Origin: Spirochaetaceae bacterium
GTDB taxonomy: Bacteria > Spirochaetota > Spirochaetia > SZUA-6 > DRHE01
Assembly (NCBI GenBank): GCA_020353535.1
Contig: CP070696.1
Coordinates: forward strand, 4,664,138-4,707,008
Reading direction: 5' to 3'
Length of the DNA stretch: 42,871 bases
How positions within the stretch are numbered: the first letter of the stretch is position 1; each line of letters starts with the position of its first letter. The notes below the pieces were generated by a model. The model was given only the letters and a program-made list of their open reading frames with translations. It was not told the origin of the DNA and made no database searches. Shown here one piece after another: positions 1 through 9,687 of this stretch. The position numbers were made by a program, and so were the translations under genes.

Positions 1-159
1 GGAGTTTCCGCCGTTCCCATGGCCGCCCGGGTGGTACAAAAGGTCGGTCAGAAGGCCAATCCTTCGAACTTCCTGCTGATGAACGCCATGGGTCCGAACG
101 TGGCCGGGGTGCTCGGCTCGGCGATAGCCGCAGGAGTGCTCCTAGCCCTGGCCGGCTAG
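1..159 (+). CDS. oadB: Na+-translocating decarboxylase beta subunit (OadB/GcdB family), 3' end only
   Basis: Frame 1 reads [52 protein letters not shown], the characteristic OadB C-terminus ([10 protein letters not shown], [12 protein letters not shown]). TAG at 157-159; 5'-truncated by the window. Confidence 0.92.
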   Translation, partial: GVSAVPMAARVVQKVGQKANPSNFLLMNAMGPNVAGVLGSAIAAGVLLALAG

Positions 160-231
160 ATGCCCCAATTGCAGGGATCTTCAGAGCCGGAACCACTATA
201 ATAGATGACAAGATCTTAAGAAGGAGTGTCT

Positions 232-1113
232 ATGGGTGGGTTCAGCTATCAGCTGGTTGAAGAGGTGGCCAAGGAGATCTACATCCGGGCATTGAAACAG
301 CTACCCCCGGATGTTGTCACAGCCCTGCAGCATGCTCACAACTCCGAAAGCGACGAAACGGCCAGGGGTATCTTGCAGACCATCCTTCAGAATATCGACA
401 TCGCCCGCGACCGGAATCTGTTGCTCTGCCAGGATACCGGACTGCCGGTCTACCTGGTTAAAATCGGCAGCGGATTCGCTGCAGACGGGGCCAGGATCGC
501 AGCGGCTCTGCATTCAGGTGCCAAGAGAGCCACTTTGGAACATCCCTTCCGCGGCAGCTCAACCCATCCGCTAACCCGCGTGAATCCGCAGAACAGTGTG
601 GGCCGGGGATTGCCCGTCATCCATTGGGAATTCGATCAGGACGCCGACACCCTGGATATTCTGATTATCCCCAAAGGCTCGGGTTCTGAAAATATGAGCG
701 CCATGAAGATGTTCATCCCGGCCGACGGGGTTAAAGCCTTGAAGAAATTTGTATTGGATACCGTGGTGGATTCGGGCGGCAATCCCTGTCCGCCCGGGAT
801 AATTGGCGTGGGGATCGGTGGAACGGCGGACCTGGTGGGGGTGCTGGCAAAAAAGGCACTGGCCCGTGCGGTCGGTTCCACCAATCCGGATCCGCAGTTG
901 GCCCAAATGGAAAATGATCTGCTGCTGGCGATCAACGGTACCGGGATCGGGCCCATGGGGTTGGGAGGAGATACAACGGCACTTGCTGTGCACATAGAGA
1001 GCGCCTATACCCACATGACCCTGAATCCGGTGGCTGTAAACACCCAATGCTGGGCGGCGCGCCGGAGCAGGGCTGTCATCCACCGCAATGGCCAGGTTGA
1101 CTACGGCTACTGA
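232..1113 (+). CDS. Fe-S hydro-lyase alpha subunit (L-tartrate dehydratase / class I fumarate hydratase family)
   Basis: CQDTG, KGSGSEN, GNPCPP and QCWAAR motifs. AAGGAG at 221-226 favours ATG 232 over GTG 226. Confidence 0.9.
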   Translation: MGGFSYQLVEEVAKEIYIRALKQLPPDVVTALQHAHNSESDETARGILQTILQNIDIARDRNLLLCQDTGLPVYLVKIGSGFAADGARIAAALHSGAKRATLEHPFRGSSTHPLTRVNPQNSVGRGLPVIHWEFDQDADTLDILIIPKGSGSENMSAMKMFIPADGVKALKKFVLDTVVDSGGNPCPPGIIGVGIGGTADLVGVLAKKALARAVGSTNPDPQLAQMENDLLLAINGTGIGPMGLGGDTTALAVHIESAYTHMTLNPVAVNTQCWAARRSRAVIHRNGQVDYGY

Positions 1114-1128
1114 GAGGGGAGGAGAACC

Positions 1129-1716
1129 ATGGAGCACATTCTGACATCGCCGTTTAGGGAGCCGGATGTCCGCAAGTTGAAAGTCAACGATACGGTTTTT
1201 CTGAACGGTACCCTTTTCGGAATCCGCGACGCCACTCAGATTCGGATCTTTGATGAGAAACAGACCCCACCGGTGGATTTGACGGACTCCGCCTGTATCC
1301 ACACGGCACCCAGCTTGAAGAAGGTTGGAAAACGTTGGGAGAAGATATCCATCGGCACCACCACCAGCACACGGATGGATCGCTTCTCCCCCGGTTTAAT
1401 CAGAGACTACGGTGTGCGGATCATTATCGGAAAGTCGGGCCTGCTGGAGGGCAGCCGACGGGCGATGCAGGAGTACGGCGCCTGTTATCTGGCCATCGTG
1501 GGGGGAGCCGCAGCCCTGGAAACTACACAGATCGAGGAGATCGAAGCTGTCTATTGGGAGGACCTCCATCCAGAGGCCATCTATCAATTCAGGATAAAGG
1601 CGTTCGGTCCCCTCATTGTAGCCATGGATTCATTCGGCAATCATCTGTACTTCGATGTAAAGAAAAGGGCAAAGGAAAGGCTGCCGGATCTATATCGCCA
1701 GTTGGGCGTCGGCTAG
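1129..1716 (+). CDS. Fe-S hydro-lyase beta subunit (tartrate dehydratase / fumarate hydratase C-terminal domain)
   Basis: RDA, GTTTSTRMD, IIGK, GGAAAL and FGPLIVAMDS motifs. GGAGGAG RBS; directly follows the alpha subunit. Confidence 0.9.
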   Translation: MEHILTSPFREPDVRKLKVNDTVFLNGTLFGIRDATQIRIFDEKQTPPVDLTDSACIHTAPSLKKVGKRWEKISIGTTTSTRMDRFSPGLIRDYGVRIIIGKSGLLEGSRRAMQEYGACYLAIVGGAAALETTQIEEIEAVYWEDLHPEAIYQFRIKAFGPLIVAMDSFGNHLYFDVKKRAKERLPDLYRQLGVG

Positions 1717-1768
1717 GCGATCTTTGAGCCGGCACGCAGTGCTTTGATGAGCGGAAACTCCTAAGTCC

Positions 1769-2617
1769 CTACGCCCCGAAAAGGATCTTCAAGAAAGCCA
1801 GCCCCTGCCGGGCCAGCTCGACATTGGAGGCTGAGGTTTTGCGCCGTACCGCCGCAGCGTAGGAGATATCCGGCACGTCCGGGTGGAAGGCTTCCAGAAC
1901 GATCGCCTGATTGTAGCCGATGTAGCCCAGGGCATCCCGGAATCCCTTCCAGTCAAAGGTGCCGCTTCCCGGAGCGCCACGGTGGTTGTCCGCCGCGTGG
2001 ACGTGGTACAACCGCTCCCCCCCCTGAATGATCGCTATTGCTGGATTGGTCTCTTCGGTGTTCATGTGGAAGGTGTCCAGGTGGATCCCGAGCTGGGGGT
2101 GGGACACCATCTCGATCAGCTCCAACGCTTCCCCGCAGGTGTTGATCAGATCCGTCTCGAAACGGATCAGAGGTTCTACGGCCAGCCGCACGCCTTTGTC
2201 CGCCCCATAATCACAGAGCTGGTGCAGATGAGCAGCCACTGTCTTGAGCTGCTCCCGCCGCTGGTCGTAGGTGGTCGGGTCGGTCCTGCCAACTCGGGAG
2301 TACAGGGGCCCGCTCAGAAGCCCGCACTCCAGCTCCGCGCAGGTATCGATACAGCTGCGGATGAAGGTCCGAGCGCCCTCCTGCTCTTCCGTAGTACCTC
2401 GCAAATCTCTGCCGGGGCCGAACAGGCCGCAGAGGGCGCAGCATTCCAGCTCCTGCTGCCGCAGCGCCTTTCTCACCCGCTTGGGATCGAAATCCCCTGG
2501 TCCATTGAAGCTCAACTCCACGGCCTCGAAGCCGATCTCACGGATAGTCCGAAAGACGTGGGTGCTCCTATCGGTGAAGGGGAAGGTGAATAGAAAGCTG
2601 TGGGCGCCAAAGATCAT
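1769..2617 (-). CDS. Sugar phosphate isomerase/epimerase TIM barrel (D-psicose/D-tagatose 3-epimerase-like)
   Basis: Metal-binding motifs EPLIRFE, LDTFHMN, HVHAADNHRGAPG and LEAF. Start moved to ATG 2617, which overlaps the upstream stop (ATGA). Confidence 0.85.
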   Translation of the reverse strand: MIFGAHSFLFTFPFTDRSTHVFRTIREIGFEAVELSFNGPGDFDPKRVRKALRQQELECCALCGLFGPGRDLRGTTEEQEGARTFIRSCIDTCAELECGLLSGPLYSRVGRTDPTTYDQRREQLKTVAAHLHQLCDYGADKGVRLAVEPLIRFETDLINTCGEALELIEMVSHPQLGIHLDTFHMNTEETNPAIAIIQGGERLYHVHAADNHRGAPGSGTFDWKGFRDALGYIGYNQAIVLEAFHPDVPDISYAAAVRRKTSASNVELARQGLAFLKILFGA

Positions 2618-3816
2618 GAGAGGGGCTGACAGCAAGATTTGAGGATCTCCACAACGTCCTCCTGGGAGAGACCGACCAGATTGCCAACAGGGCGTCCCAG
2701 ATCTTTGAAGGTTTTCGCCGTGATCTCTTTGAGCTTCCCTTCCGGAATGTCCACCCCGGTCAGCTCCTGCAGGGTTTTCGGCGCGCCGATTGCTTGAAGC
2801 CACTGGATGTACTGCTCGACCCCCTGTATCGCCGCTTTCCTGTCATCGACAGCCTGGATGCCCAACACGTTGCGGGCGAAACGGGAGAAGATCTCCGTGG
2901 ACTTTGGATTCTTGTTGACCACGAAGCGCATCCAGCGGGGTGTGATCACCCCCAGGGTGGCGCCGTGGTGGGTGTCGTAGAAGGGCACGAAGCCCTCTGC
3001 CATGTCGTGGCAGGCCATGTCCGGACCGCCGCGACCGAGGAAAGTCAGGCCGCCCCAGGCCATTACCGAGCTCCACCAGATTTCGCCGCGGGCGCGCAGG
3101 TCCTTGGGATTCTTGACAAGTATGTCAACGCATTCCGTTACCGAATGAATTATTGCCTCAGAAAATCGGTTTTGAAAGATCGAGCGGTGGTAGCCGTTGA
3201 AGTAGAACTCGAAGGTGTGGCTGAGCATGTCCATGGCGCCCCAGATGGTGAGCCGGATCGGCACGGTGGCGTGGATCTCCGGATCGGCGATGGTCAGGTC
3301 GGGATACATGCACTCGGCGGTGACCGGCATCTTCCAGATAGCCTCTTTGTCCATGATCACCGCCCAGGGATTGATATCCGTTCCGGTGGCTGCCAGGGTG
3401 GGGATCATCACGGTGTCCAGGCTGTCGTTGAAGGGCTTCTTGTGTCCCCAGAGATGCTCCCAGGGATCGTCCTCGGATCTGCTGGCCGCGGCGATTACCT
3501 TTGTCGAATCCATGGTCGAGCCACCGCCCAGGGCAACGACGCACTCGATACTATTCTTCTTGCAGGTCTCTACGCCCTCCCGCACGCTGGTGATTCGTGG
3601 ATTGGAGTCGATATCGCCGATGTTGTAAATATCGATTCCTTCCGCCTTGATCGAGCCGGCGATCTCGTCGTACAGACCATTTTCCCGGAACGGACCCTTG
3701 GCCACCACGATCAGTGCCCGCTTGAACCCCCGTTTTTTCAGCTCCGATCCCACGCGTTTTCGCTCTCCAGGACCGAAGAGAATTCGGTCAGGATTGTAGT
3801 GTTCGAAATTTTCCAT
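2614..3816 (-). CDS. Iron-containing alcohol dehydrogenase (butanol dehydrogenase-like)
   Basis: GGGSTMD, PTLAATG, and metal ligands DMLSH...CHD...HHG. AGGAG RBS. Confidence 0.9.
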   Translation of the reverse strand: MENFEHYNPDRILFGPGERKRVGSELKKRGFKRALIVVAKGPFRENGLYDEIAGSIKAEGIDIYNIGDIDSNPRITSVREGVETCKKNSIECVVALGGGSTMDSTKVIAAASRSEDDPWEHLWGHKKPFNDSLDTVMIPTLAATGTDINPWAVIMDKEAIWKMPVTAECMYPDLTIADPEIHATVPIRLTIWGAMDMLSHTFEFYFNGYHRSIFQNRFSEAIIHSVTECVDILVKNPKDLRARGEIWWSSVMAWGGLTFLGRGGPDMACHDMAEGFVPFYDTHHGATLGVITPRWMRFVVNKNPKSTEIFSRFARNVLGIQAVDDRKAAIQGVEQYIQWLQAIGAPKTLQELTGVDIPEGKLKEITAKTFKDLGRPVGNLVGLSQEDVVEILKSCCQPLS

Positions 3817-3854
3817 ATAAAAACAACTCCTCTTAGTAAATTCGCGCCTGCTCT

Positions 3855-4844
3855 TTATCGTTCCCGCGTGCTTCTGGAGTAGACCACCAGCAGGACTATC
3901 AATATTGCCCCGAACAATGCCTTTCGCAGCGATTCGTCCATATTGACGGTTACCAGGAAGGAGAGCAGGAAGGTGTAAACCAGGGCCCCACCGAAAGTGC
4001 CTACATAACTACCGGATCCCCCGGCCAGGGAAATGCCGCCGATGGCGCAAGCCACTACCGATGGGAACATGTACTGGTTGCCCACATCTAGGAATACGGT
4101 ATGCACATAACCCAGAAGGATGGCGCCAAACAGCGAGGATATCATGCTGGACAGGCCGTAGACCCAGAAGCGGAAGAAGGGGACATTCACTCCGGAGAGG
4201 GTGGCCGCCGTCTCATTGGTGCCGACCCCCAGGAGTTTTTGTCCGGTCCGGGTGCGTCGTAAAATTAGCTCCGCAACAAGAGTCAGAGCCAGCCAGATGA
4301 GGATGATGAGGTGAAAGCCGCCGATTTTCCCGTTGGCGATCGTTTCCAGGGCGGGGGAGGCCGTGCCCAGCAGCTTCCGTCCCTGGGCGAAGGCGATGAT
4401 GATCCCCACCACCACGTAGCTCATGGCCAGGGTCATGATCAGGGGATGGATGCGCAGGTAGGCGATCATGTAACCGTTGACCATCCCCAATACCAGACCC
4501 ATGAGGGCAATCACGACCAGGGCGAGCAGGGTAGATCGCTCGCCGCCGTGCATGATGGTGGCGCTGAACAGTGCGCCCATGGAGGCCATAGTGCCGACAG
4601 ACACATCGATGCCGCCGCCACCGGACAGTATTACCGTGGTCTGGGCAATGGCCAGGATGCCGACAAACGAAGCCACTTTGATCATTATCAACAGGTGTCC
4701 GATCTCGGCGAACCCGGAGCTGGCGATCTGCCCGGCGATCAGGATCAGTCCGGCTATGGCAAAAGGGGTGATGCTCTTGCCGTTATCCCGCCAGAACTCG
4801 AGGAACCCGGTCCTGAAGGGAAGTGATTTCGTCTGATCGCTCAT
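3855..4844 (-). CDS. Sugar ABC transporter permease (RbsC-like)
   Basis: Hydrophobic; GGIDVSVG, G.NETAATLSGV (EAA loop) and IGGISLAGG motifs. Confidence 0.92.
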   Translation of the reverse strand: MSDQTKSLPFRTGFLEFWRDNGKSITPFAIAGLILIAGQIASSGFAEIGHLLIMIKVASFVGILAIAQTTVILSGGGGIDVSVGTMASMGALFSATIMHGGERSTLLALVVIALMGLVLGMVNGYMIAYLRIHPLIMTLAMSYVVVGIIIAFAQGRKLLGTASPALETIANGKIGGFHLIILIWLALTLVAELILRRTRTGQKLLGVGTNETAATLSGVNVPFFRFWVYGLSSMISSLFGAILLGYVHTVFLDVGNQYMFPSVVACAIGGISLAGGSGSYVGTFGGALVYTFLLSFLVTVNMDESLRKALFGAILIVLLVVYSRSTRER

Positions 4845-4857
4845 ATCGATTTTCCTC

Positions 4858-5820
4858 TTAATCGTATTTCCGTTTGTAGAAAACGGTGGCTCCGATAGCC
4901 AGGATGATGATCACTCCCCGCACGAACACCTGCCAGGAGGTGGGTATCCCCGCGAAGTAGATGATGTTCATGATGATGCTCAGACTGATCGCCCCCATTG
5001 CCGCGCCCACGGGATTTCCCCTGCCCCCGCCCATCACGATGCCGCCTATCACCGCAGCAGCGATGGAGTTCAGGGCGAAGGGCTCCCCCAGTCGGGCATC
5101 CCCCGCCCGGGTCTGGGCGGTGAGAGCCAGGGTGCCCAGATATACAAACACCCAGCCGATGGCAAAGGCCAGCAGGGTGATCCCTTTGACGTTGATGCCG
5201 TTGCGATAGGCCGCTTCCATATTGGACCCGGTGGCGTAGATATAGCGGCCGATCCGATAGCGCCGGAGAATGTGCCAGGCGATGAGCGCTATTACGATAC
5301 TCAAGAATATGAGGTTGAACGGTCCGACGTGAGCCTTGAAGAAGGTGGTGAAGTTTCTGGGCACGGCTCCCCCGGGCACGGGCCGCACCATGATGGCCAC
5401 ACCCAGCCAGACGAAGGAACTGGCGAAGGTTCCGATGAAAGAGGGCACTTTGAGGTAGCCTACCAGGATGCCGTTGGCGATGCCCATGGCAATCGCGGCA
5501 GCCAGGGCGAGTACCATCACCAGGGCATTGCGAAAGGGATCCGCCGGATCCACCACCATATAGGTTGCCAGGATGCAGTTGATCAGAGAAACCCCGTAAC
5601 CCACCGAGAGGTCGAGATTGCCGCTGATCATGATGATCGCTTGCCCGGCGGCAACCAGGATCAAGGGCGAAAAGGTGAGGATGTTGATGCGGAACACCGC
5701 TGCTCTGAACAGGTTCGGCTGCAGGATCCAGTTGATGACCACCAGGGCGAGCAGGAGCACGGCGGGCAGAAAAACAGGGTTCTTCAATGCCGAGGCCCAC
5801 GCAGTTCGCAGTTTGTTCAT
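4858..5820 (-). CDS. Sugar ABC transporter permease (RbsC-like)
   Basis: GNLDLSVG, GSNMEAAYRNGI and IAAAVIGG motifs. Start overlaps the ATPase stop. Confidence 0.92.
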   Translation of the reverse strand: MNKLRTAWASALKNPVFLPAVLLLALVVINWILQPNLFRAAVFRINILTFSPLILVAAGQAIIMISGNLDLSVGYGVSLINCILATYMVVDPADPFRNALVMVLALAAAIAMGIANGILVGYLKVPSFIGTFASSFVWLGVAIMVRPVPGGAVPRNFTTFFKAHVGPFNLIFLSIVIALIAWHILRRYRIGRYIYATGSNMEAAYRNGINVKGITLLAFAIGWVFVYLGTLALTAQTRAGDARLGEPFALNSIAAAVIGGIVMGGGRGNPVGAAMGAISLSIIMNIIYFAGIPTSWQVFVRGVIIILAIGATVFYKRKYD

Positions 5821-7373
5821 GCCTTTTCATCTCCCTGGGCTGCCGCCTTGTATTCCTGGCTGACTCCCTGGTGCTGCATGCATCTGATCATTAGTGTTTC
5901 CTCGTCGAGTTGCTCCGAGTTGGTGAGTTCGTCCACGATCCTGCCCTCGTACATGATCAGGATCCTGTCACAGATGTGCAACAGCTCGTTCAAATCCGAA
6001 GCGTAGAGGAAAATCGAGGTGCCTCCCATCGCGATATCCCCGACCAGTTTGTACAAGTCCGCTTTGGACTGTACATCGATCCCTTTGGCCGGATCGCTGA
6101 GCAACAGCACCTTTGGCTCGATGGGAAGCCACTTGGCTACGACCACCTTCTGTGCGTTTCCGCCGGAGAGGGCGGTCACAGGATTGCTGAGGGAGTCGGT
6201 CTTGAGGGTCAGATCTCTGGCCAGTTTCGAGGCGATGGCGGCCTGCTTCTTCTGCCCCAGGATCCAGGGTTGTCCCTTTGTGAGATTTTTGGGGAAGGTG
6301 GTGTTATGCATGACCGATAGTCCCATGAACAGCCCTTGAGTCTGCCTGTTTCCGGGAACCAGGGGCATACCTACGGCGATTGCGTTCTTCGGGTGCTTCA
6401 GGCGCAGGGCCTTATCATACATGTTCAGGCTGCCGTGTCGGATGTGGTTGTAGCCTGCCAGAGTCAGCATCAGTTCCTCCTGGCCCTGTCCCTGGAGGCC
6501 GGCCAATCCCACGATCTCCCCCCTGCTGATTTGAAAGCTGACTTCCTTGACTTTGTCGCCGTCGCCGATCGATTCCGCTCTCAGAATCACCTCCCCCAAT
6601 TTCCGGTCGATTGCCAGCCGTCTGTGGGCCTCCACGGCCCGCTGCCCGGTGATCAGGCGCACGATCTCGTCATAGTCGACATTTTCCGGATCGGATAGAT
6701 CAACGGTCCCGGCTGTCTTGCCGTTGCGAAGCACCACCACGTAGTCGCAGATCTCCTCCACCTCGTGCATGCGGTGAGAGATGAATACCATGGAAATCCC
6801 GAAGGCTTTGAGGTCTTTCATCAGCTTGAACAGGATCTCCACCTCTTCCCGTTCCAGAGCAGCGGTCGGCTCGTCGAGGATGAGAAACTCCGGTTTTCGG
6901 GAAAGGGCTTTGGAGATCTCCACCAGCTGCTGCTCGGAAGCCAGGAGCTTGCGTACCTCCCGGTTCATATCCAGCCAGGGACAGAGCCGATCAAGGTACT
7001 GTCGGGCCAGCACCCTGATCTGCTTGTTGTCCAGCATGCCCAGGGAGCCCCGCGGCTCGTTTCCAAGAAGAAGATTCTCCCACACGGTCAGATCGGGCAC
7101 CAGGCTGAAGTTCTGGTGGACCATGGCGATGCCGGCATCTTCAGCTTCTCTGGGGGAGGAAAAACGGACCTTCTGTCCCTTGAAGAGCAGTTCACCGTCG
7201 GTGGCCGCATAGTTGCCCATGATGATGTTGGACAGGGTGGTTTTACCCGAGCCGTTTTCTCCCAGCAGCCCGACGATCTGTCCTCCGGGACACAGGAACT
7301 CGGCCCCGTTGAGGGCGACCACGCCTCCGAACAACTTGCGGATGTTCCGTGCCTCGATTATGTATTCGCTCAT
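5817..7373 (-). CDS. Sugar ABC transporter ATP-binding protein (RbsA-like, two ABC domains)
   Basis: Walker A GENGSGKT, ILDEPT, ISHRM and LSGGNAQK motifs. Confidence 0.95.
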   Translation of the reverse strand: MSEYIIEARNIRKLFGGVVALNGAEFLCPGGQIVGLLGENGSGKTTLSNIIMGNYAATDGELLFKGQKVRFSSPREAEDAGIAMVHQNFSLVPDLTVWENLLLGNEPRGSLGMLDNKQIRVLARQYLDRLCPWLDMNREVRKLLASEQQLVEISKALSRKPEFLILDEPTAALEREEVEILFKLMKDLKAFGISMVFISHRMHEVEEICDYVVVLRNGKTAGTVDLSDPENVDYDEIVRLITGQRAVEAHRRLAIDRKLGEVILRAESIGDGDKVKEVSFQISRGEIVGLAGLQGQGQEELMLTLAGYNHIRHGSLNMYDKALRLKHPKNAIAVGMPLVPGNRQTQGLFMGLSVMHNTTFPKNLTKGQPWILGQKKQAAIASKLARDLTLKTDSLSNPVTALSGGNAQKVVVAKWLPIEPKVLLLSDPAKGIDVQSKADLYKLVGDIAMGGTSIFLYASDLNELLHICDRILIMYEGRIVDELTNSEQLDEETLMIRCMQHQGVSQEYKAAAQGDEKA

Positions 7374-7422
7374 ATACCCCTACAGAATCGGATTTCCCGC
7401 GCACATGTCAATAGAAATGGCG

Positions 7423-7473
7423 GAAAAAAAAGAAGGAGCTGATGGAGGAGCTGTAGCTCCGCCATCAAGCTCC
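7423..7473 (-). terminator. Stem-loop plus U-tract between the binding-protein and ATPase genes
   Basis: Minus strand reads GGAGCTTGATGGCGGAGC-TACA-GCTCCTCCATCAGCTCC followed by TTCTTTTTTTT. Confidence 0.75.
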
Positions 7474-7491
7474 GTACATGTGCGGATTCGC

Positions 7492-8550
7492 TTATTTGAA
7501 AAGCTTTCGAACCTCTTCGTCGCTGGCGAACTCTGAGATCCAGGTTGCAGGGTCCTGACCCGCGTATTCTTTGAGGTAGTCATCGAGATTGTCATTCGTG
7601 ACCAGAGTCTTGACCGGGTAGAAATAGGTGTTGTCCTTGAGAACACCGTCCTTGAACTCGTATCCGTGCAGCATGTATACGCCAATGGCCAGAGCGGTTC
7701 CGCCGATTCCCGGAGGATTGGCCGGAGCGGCGAAGATGAACTCTTTGCCGGCTTTGCGCTGTTCATCGCAGAAGAGCATGAACTCGACGGTGGGATCACC
7801 GGTGATAGCCGGAAGCGGACGGCCCGCATTTTGAAAAGCCCGCAGAGCGCCCATACCCATAGAACCGACGGTGATCACAGCGTCGATCTTGGGATAGGCC
7901 GCCACAACGTCGTTCATGACCGCTTCTGCGGTTGCCTGGTTCCACTCGCCGTAGACGGTGGTGAGGACCTTGACACCGGGGAACTCTTTCAGTGCGCCTT
8001 TGACACCTTCATGCCGCTTCTGGGTGGGCTGATAAGCGGCGTTGCCGAGCATGACAACCACATCGCCCTTTCCGCCCATCTTCTGCAGTACATATTTTGT
8101 GGCGCCGTACATCTCCACGTATTTATCCGAGGCAACACTCAAAGCCAGTTTGCGGTCCTCCCCGACCAGCTCGGCGTCGAATACGATGCTGGGGATGCCC
8201 ACATCCTTGGCCTCTTCGATCACACCGGTGAGACCCGATGCGGAAGCCGGGTTGATCGTTATCAGATCGACACCCTGGTTGATCATGTTGCGGATCTGCT
8301 GGATCTGAGTTTGCACATCCGGTCCGGACTGCTGCACCACCGTGTCTTTGAGCCAGCCTTTCTTAATGTAAAAATCCGCGACCGTGGCCATGTCTTCCAG
8401 CATCTTTTCCCGCCAGAGGTTTCCGTAGAGGCTGTTGCTGATGCCGATGAGGAAGTCACCCTCTGCTGTTTTTCCTGCCGTGCCGCCGGCAAAGGCAAAG
8501 AATGAGCAGACCACCACGAGAATGAGAGTGAGGAACAGGATTTTCTTCAT
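7492..8550 (-). CDS. Sugar ABC transporter substrate-binding protein (RbsB-like, periplasmic binding protein type I)
   Basis: Signal peptide MKKILFLTLILVVVCSFFAFAGG, QIQQIRNMINQGVD, GEWNQ. GGAGAGG RBS supports ATG 8550. Confidence 0.92.
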   Translation of the reverse strand: MKKILFLTLILVVVCSFFAFAGGTAGKTAEGDFLIGISNSLYGNLWREKMLEDMATVADFYIKKGWLKDTVVQQSGPDVQTQIQQIRNMINQGVDLITINPASASGLTGVIEEAKDVGIPSIVFDAELVGEDRKLALSVASDKYVEMYGATKYVLQKMGGKGDVVVMLGNAAYQPTQKRHEGVKGALKEFPGVKVLTTVYGEWNQATAEAVMNDVVAAYPKIDAVITVGSMGMGALRAFQNAGRPLPAITGDPTVEFMLFCDEQRKAGKEFIFAAPANPPGIGGTALAIGVYMLHGYEFKDGVLKDNTYFYPVKTLVTNDNLDDYLKEYAGQDPATWISEFASDEEVRKLFK

Positions 8551-8634
8551 CTTTTCCTCTCCTTTTTGAGGTTTTTTGGGATGGTTCCGACGGGCTGCAA
8601 TGAACCATTGCAGTTCCTCCCGCCAACGAGTCAT

Positions 8635-8663
8635 ATCTTGAGGGATGTGCTTCCAATTGTCAA
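8635..8663 (-). promoter_or_regulatory. Putative sigma70 promoter of the leftward ABC operon
   Basis: TTGACA (8663-8658), 17-nt spacer, weak -10 CAAGAT (8640-8635), with an AT-rich upstream region. Confidence 0.5.
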
Positions 8664-8695
8664 GTATTATTATTATAATTTATTATGAAAGTATT

Positions 8696-8708
8696 AATAT
8701 CAGACAAA
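8696..8708. promoter_or_regulatory. Putative FadR-family operator, copy 1
   Basis: AATATCAGACAAA, a variant of the pseudo-palindrome ATTGTCAGACAAT; lies in the divergent intergenic region. Confidence 0.55.
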
Positions 8709-8793
8709 AAAATGATTGCAATTCCGGGAATTTGTGCCATAATGGTTGCAGTGCAATTGCGGTTCGAATACAGTCCTGTAAAATGGGTGGTGC

Positions 8794-9525
8794 ATGAATA
8801 ACGAACTCCAGCTCGACAAGATCAAACAGAAGACCGTTGTTGAACAGGTCATGGACAAGATACGGGAGTTGATCAGCTCGGGACAATTCCAGGCCGGGGA
8901 TAAGATCCCGACGGAGAGCGAGCTGGCCGAGATGTTCGGCATCGGGCGCTCCTCGATCCGGGAGGCGATCAAGGTTTTCAACTATCTCGGTGTGTTGCAG
9001 TCCCGCACGGCCAAGGGGACCTACGTCTGTGAGCGTTCCAACATCTCCGACGAAGCCCTGACCTGGTCCATCTTGCTTGGCAGGGACGATTACTACCACC
9101 TGATCGACATGCGCGGGGCCATTGAGCTGTGGAGCATGATGTCTCTGGCCGATCGCTACGGCACGGACCCCGAAAGCGTTCGGGAGTGCCTGTCCCGTCT
9201 GGAGGTGCTGCTGGAGAGGATGCGCCAGGCGATTGCGGCTTCCGACTCTGAGCAGCTGGCCACCGCGGACTACGACTTTCACAGCACCGTGATCGGGGGC
9301 AGCGACAACAAGGTCTTCACCGCCATCTACCAGGTGCTGCGCTCATTCATGTACGAGGAGATCGAGAAGTCCCATCAGGATTTCACGGATATCACCACAA
9401 TCATCCAGGAGCATCGGGAGTTCATCGATGCCATCCGTACGGGCAAGGCTGGGATAGCCGAGGAGATCGTGCGCAAGCATATCGCCAGCATCAAGCGCAG
9501 GCTGGCCAACGTTCTGAAGAAATGA
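8794..9525 (+). CDS. FadR/GntR family transcriptional regulator
   Basis: wHTH KIPTESELAEMFGIGRSSIREA...KGTYV, plus an FCD domain (DYDFH, SDN, EH, HI). Confidence 0.95.
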   Translation: MNNELQLDKIKQKTVVEQVMDKIRELISSGQFQAGDKIPTESELAEMFGIGRSSIREAIKVFNYLGVLQSRTAKGTYVCERSNISDEALTWSILLGRDDYYHLIDMRGAIELWSMMSLADRYGTDPESVRECLSRLEVLLERMRQAIAASDSEQLATADYDFHSTVIGGSDNKVFTAIYQVLRSFMYEEIEKSHQDFTDITTIIQEHREFIDAIRTGKAGIAEEIVRKHIASIKRRLANVLKK

Positions 9526-9531
9526 GATATT

Positions 9532-9544
9532 ATTGTCTGATGAT
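9532..9544. promoter_or_regulatory. Putative FadR-family operator, copy 2
   Basis: ATTGTCTGATGAT (reverse complement ATCATCAGACAAT), upstream of the GRE promoter. Confidence 0.6.
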
Positions 9545-9612
9545 CGGTGATTCCGCTTGTTAGAATATAACATTATAATATAAATTTATATATATAATTA
9601 TTTTTAAATATA

Positions 9613-9641
9613 TTGACAGCAGAATTATCAGGCAATATTAT
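9613..9641 (+). promoter_or_regulatory. Sigma70 promoter of the GRE operon with an embedded operator (copy 3)
   Basis: TTGACA (9613-9618), 17 nt, TATTAT (9636-9641). ATTATCAGGCAAT at 9624-9636 occupies the spacer; AT-rich UP-like tract upstream. Confidence 0.8.
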
Positions 9642-9687
9642 ATAAACAGTCATATTTATGCATTTCGCAGCAATGGAGGTCGTTTCT

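Noticed and set aside
4841-5830. 329-aa same-strand alternative frame over a permease
   Set aside because: Arg/His/Pro-rich and not membrane-like; the 4858-5820 frame carries the permease motifs.
8713-8762. Possible sigma54 promoter (TGGCAC on the minus strand, several TTGC)
   Set aside because: The GG-N10-GC spacing is not satisfied.
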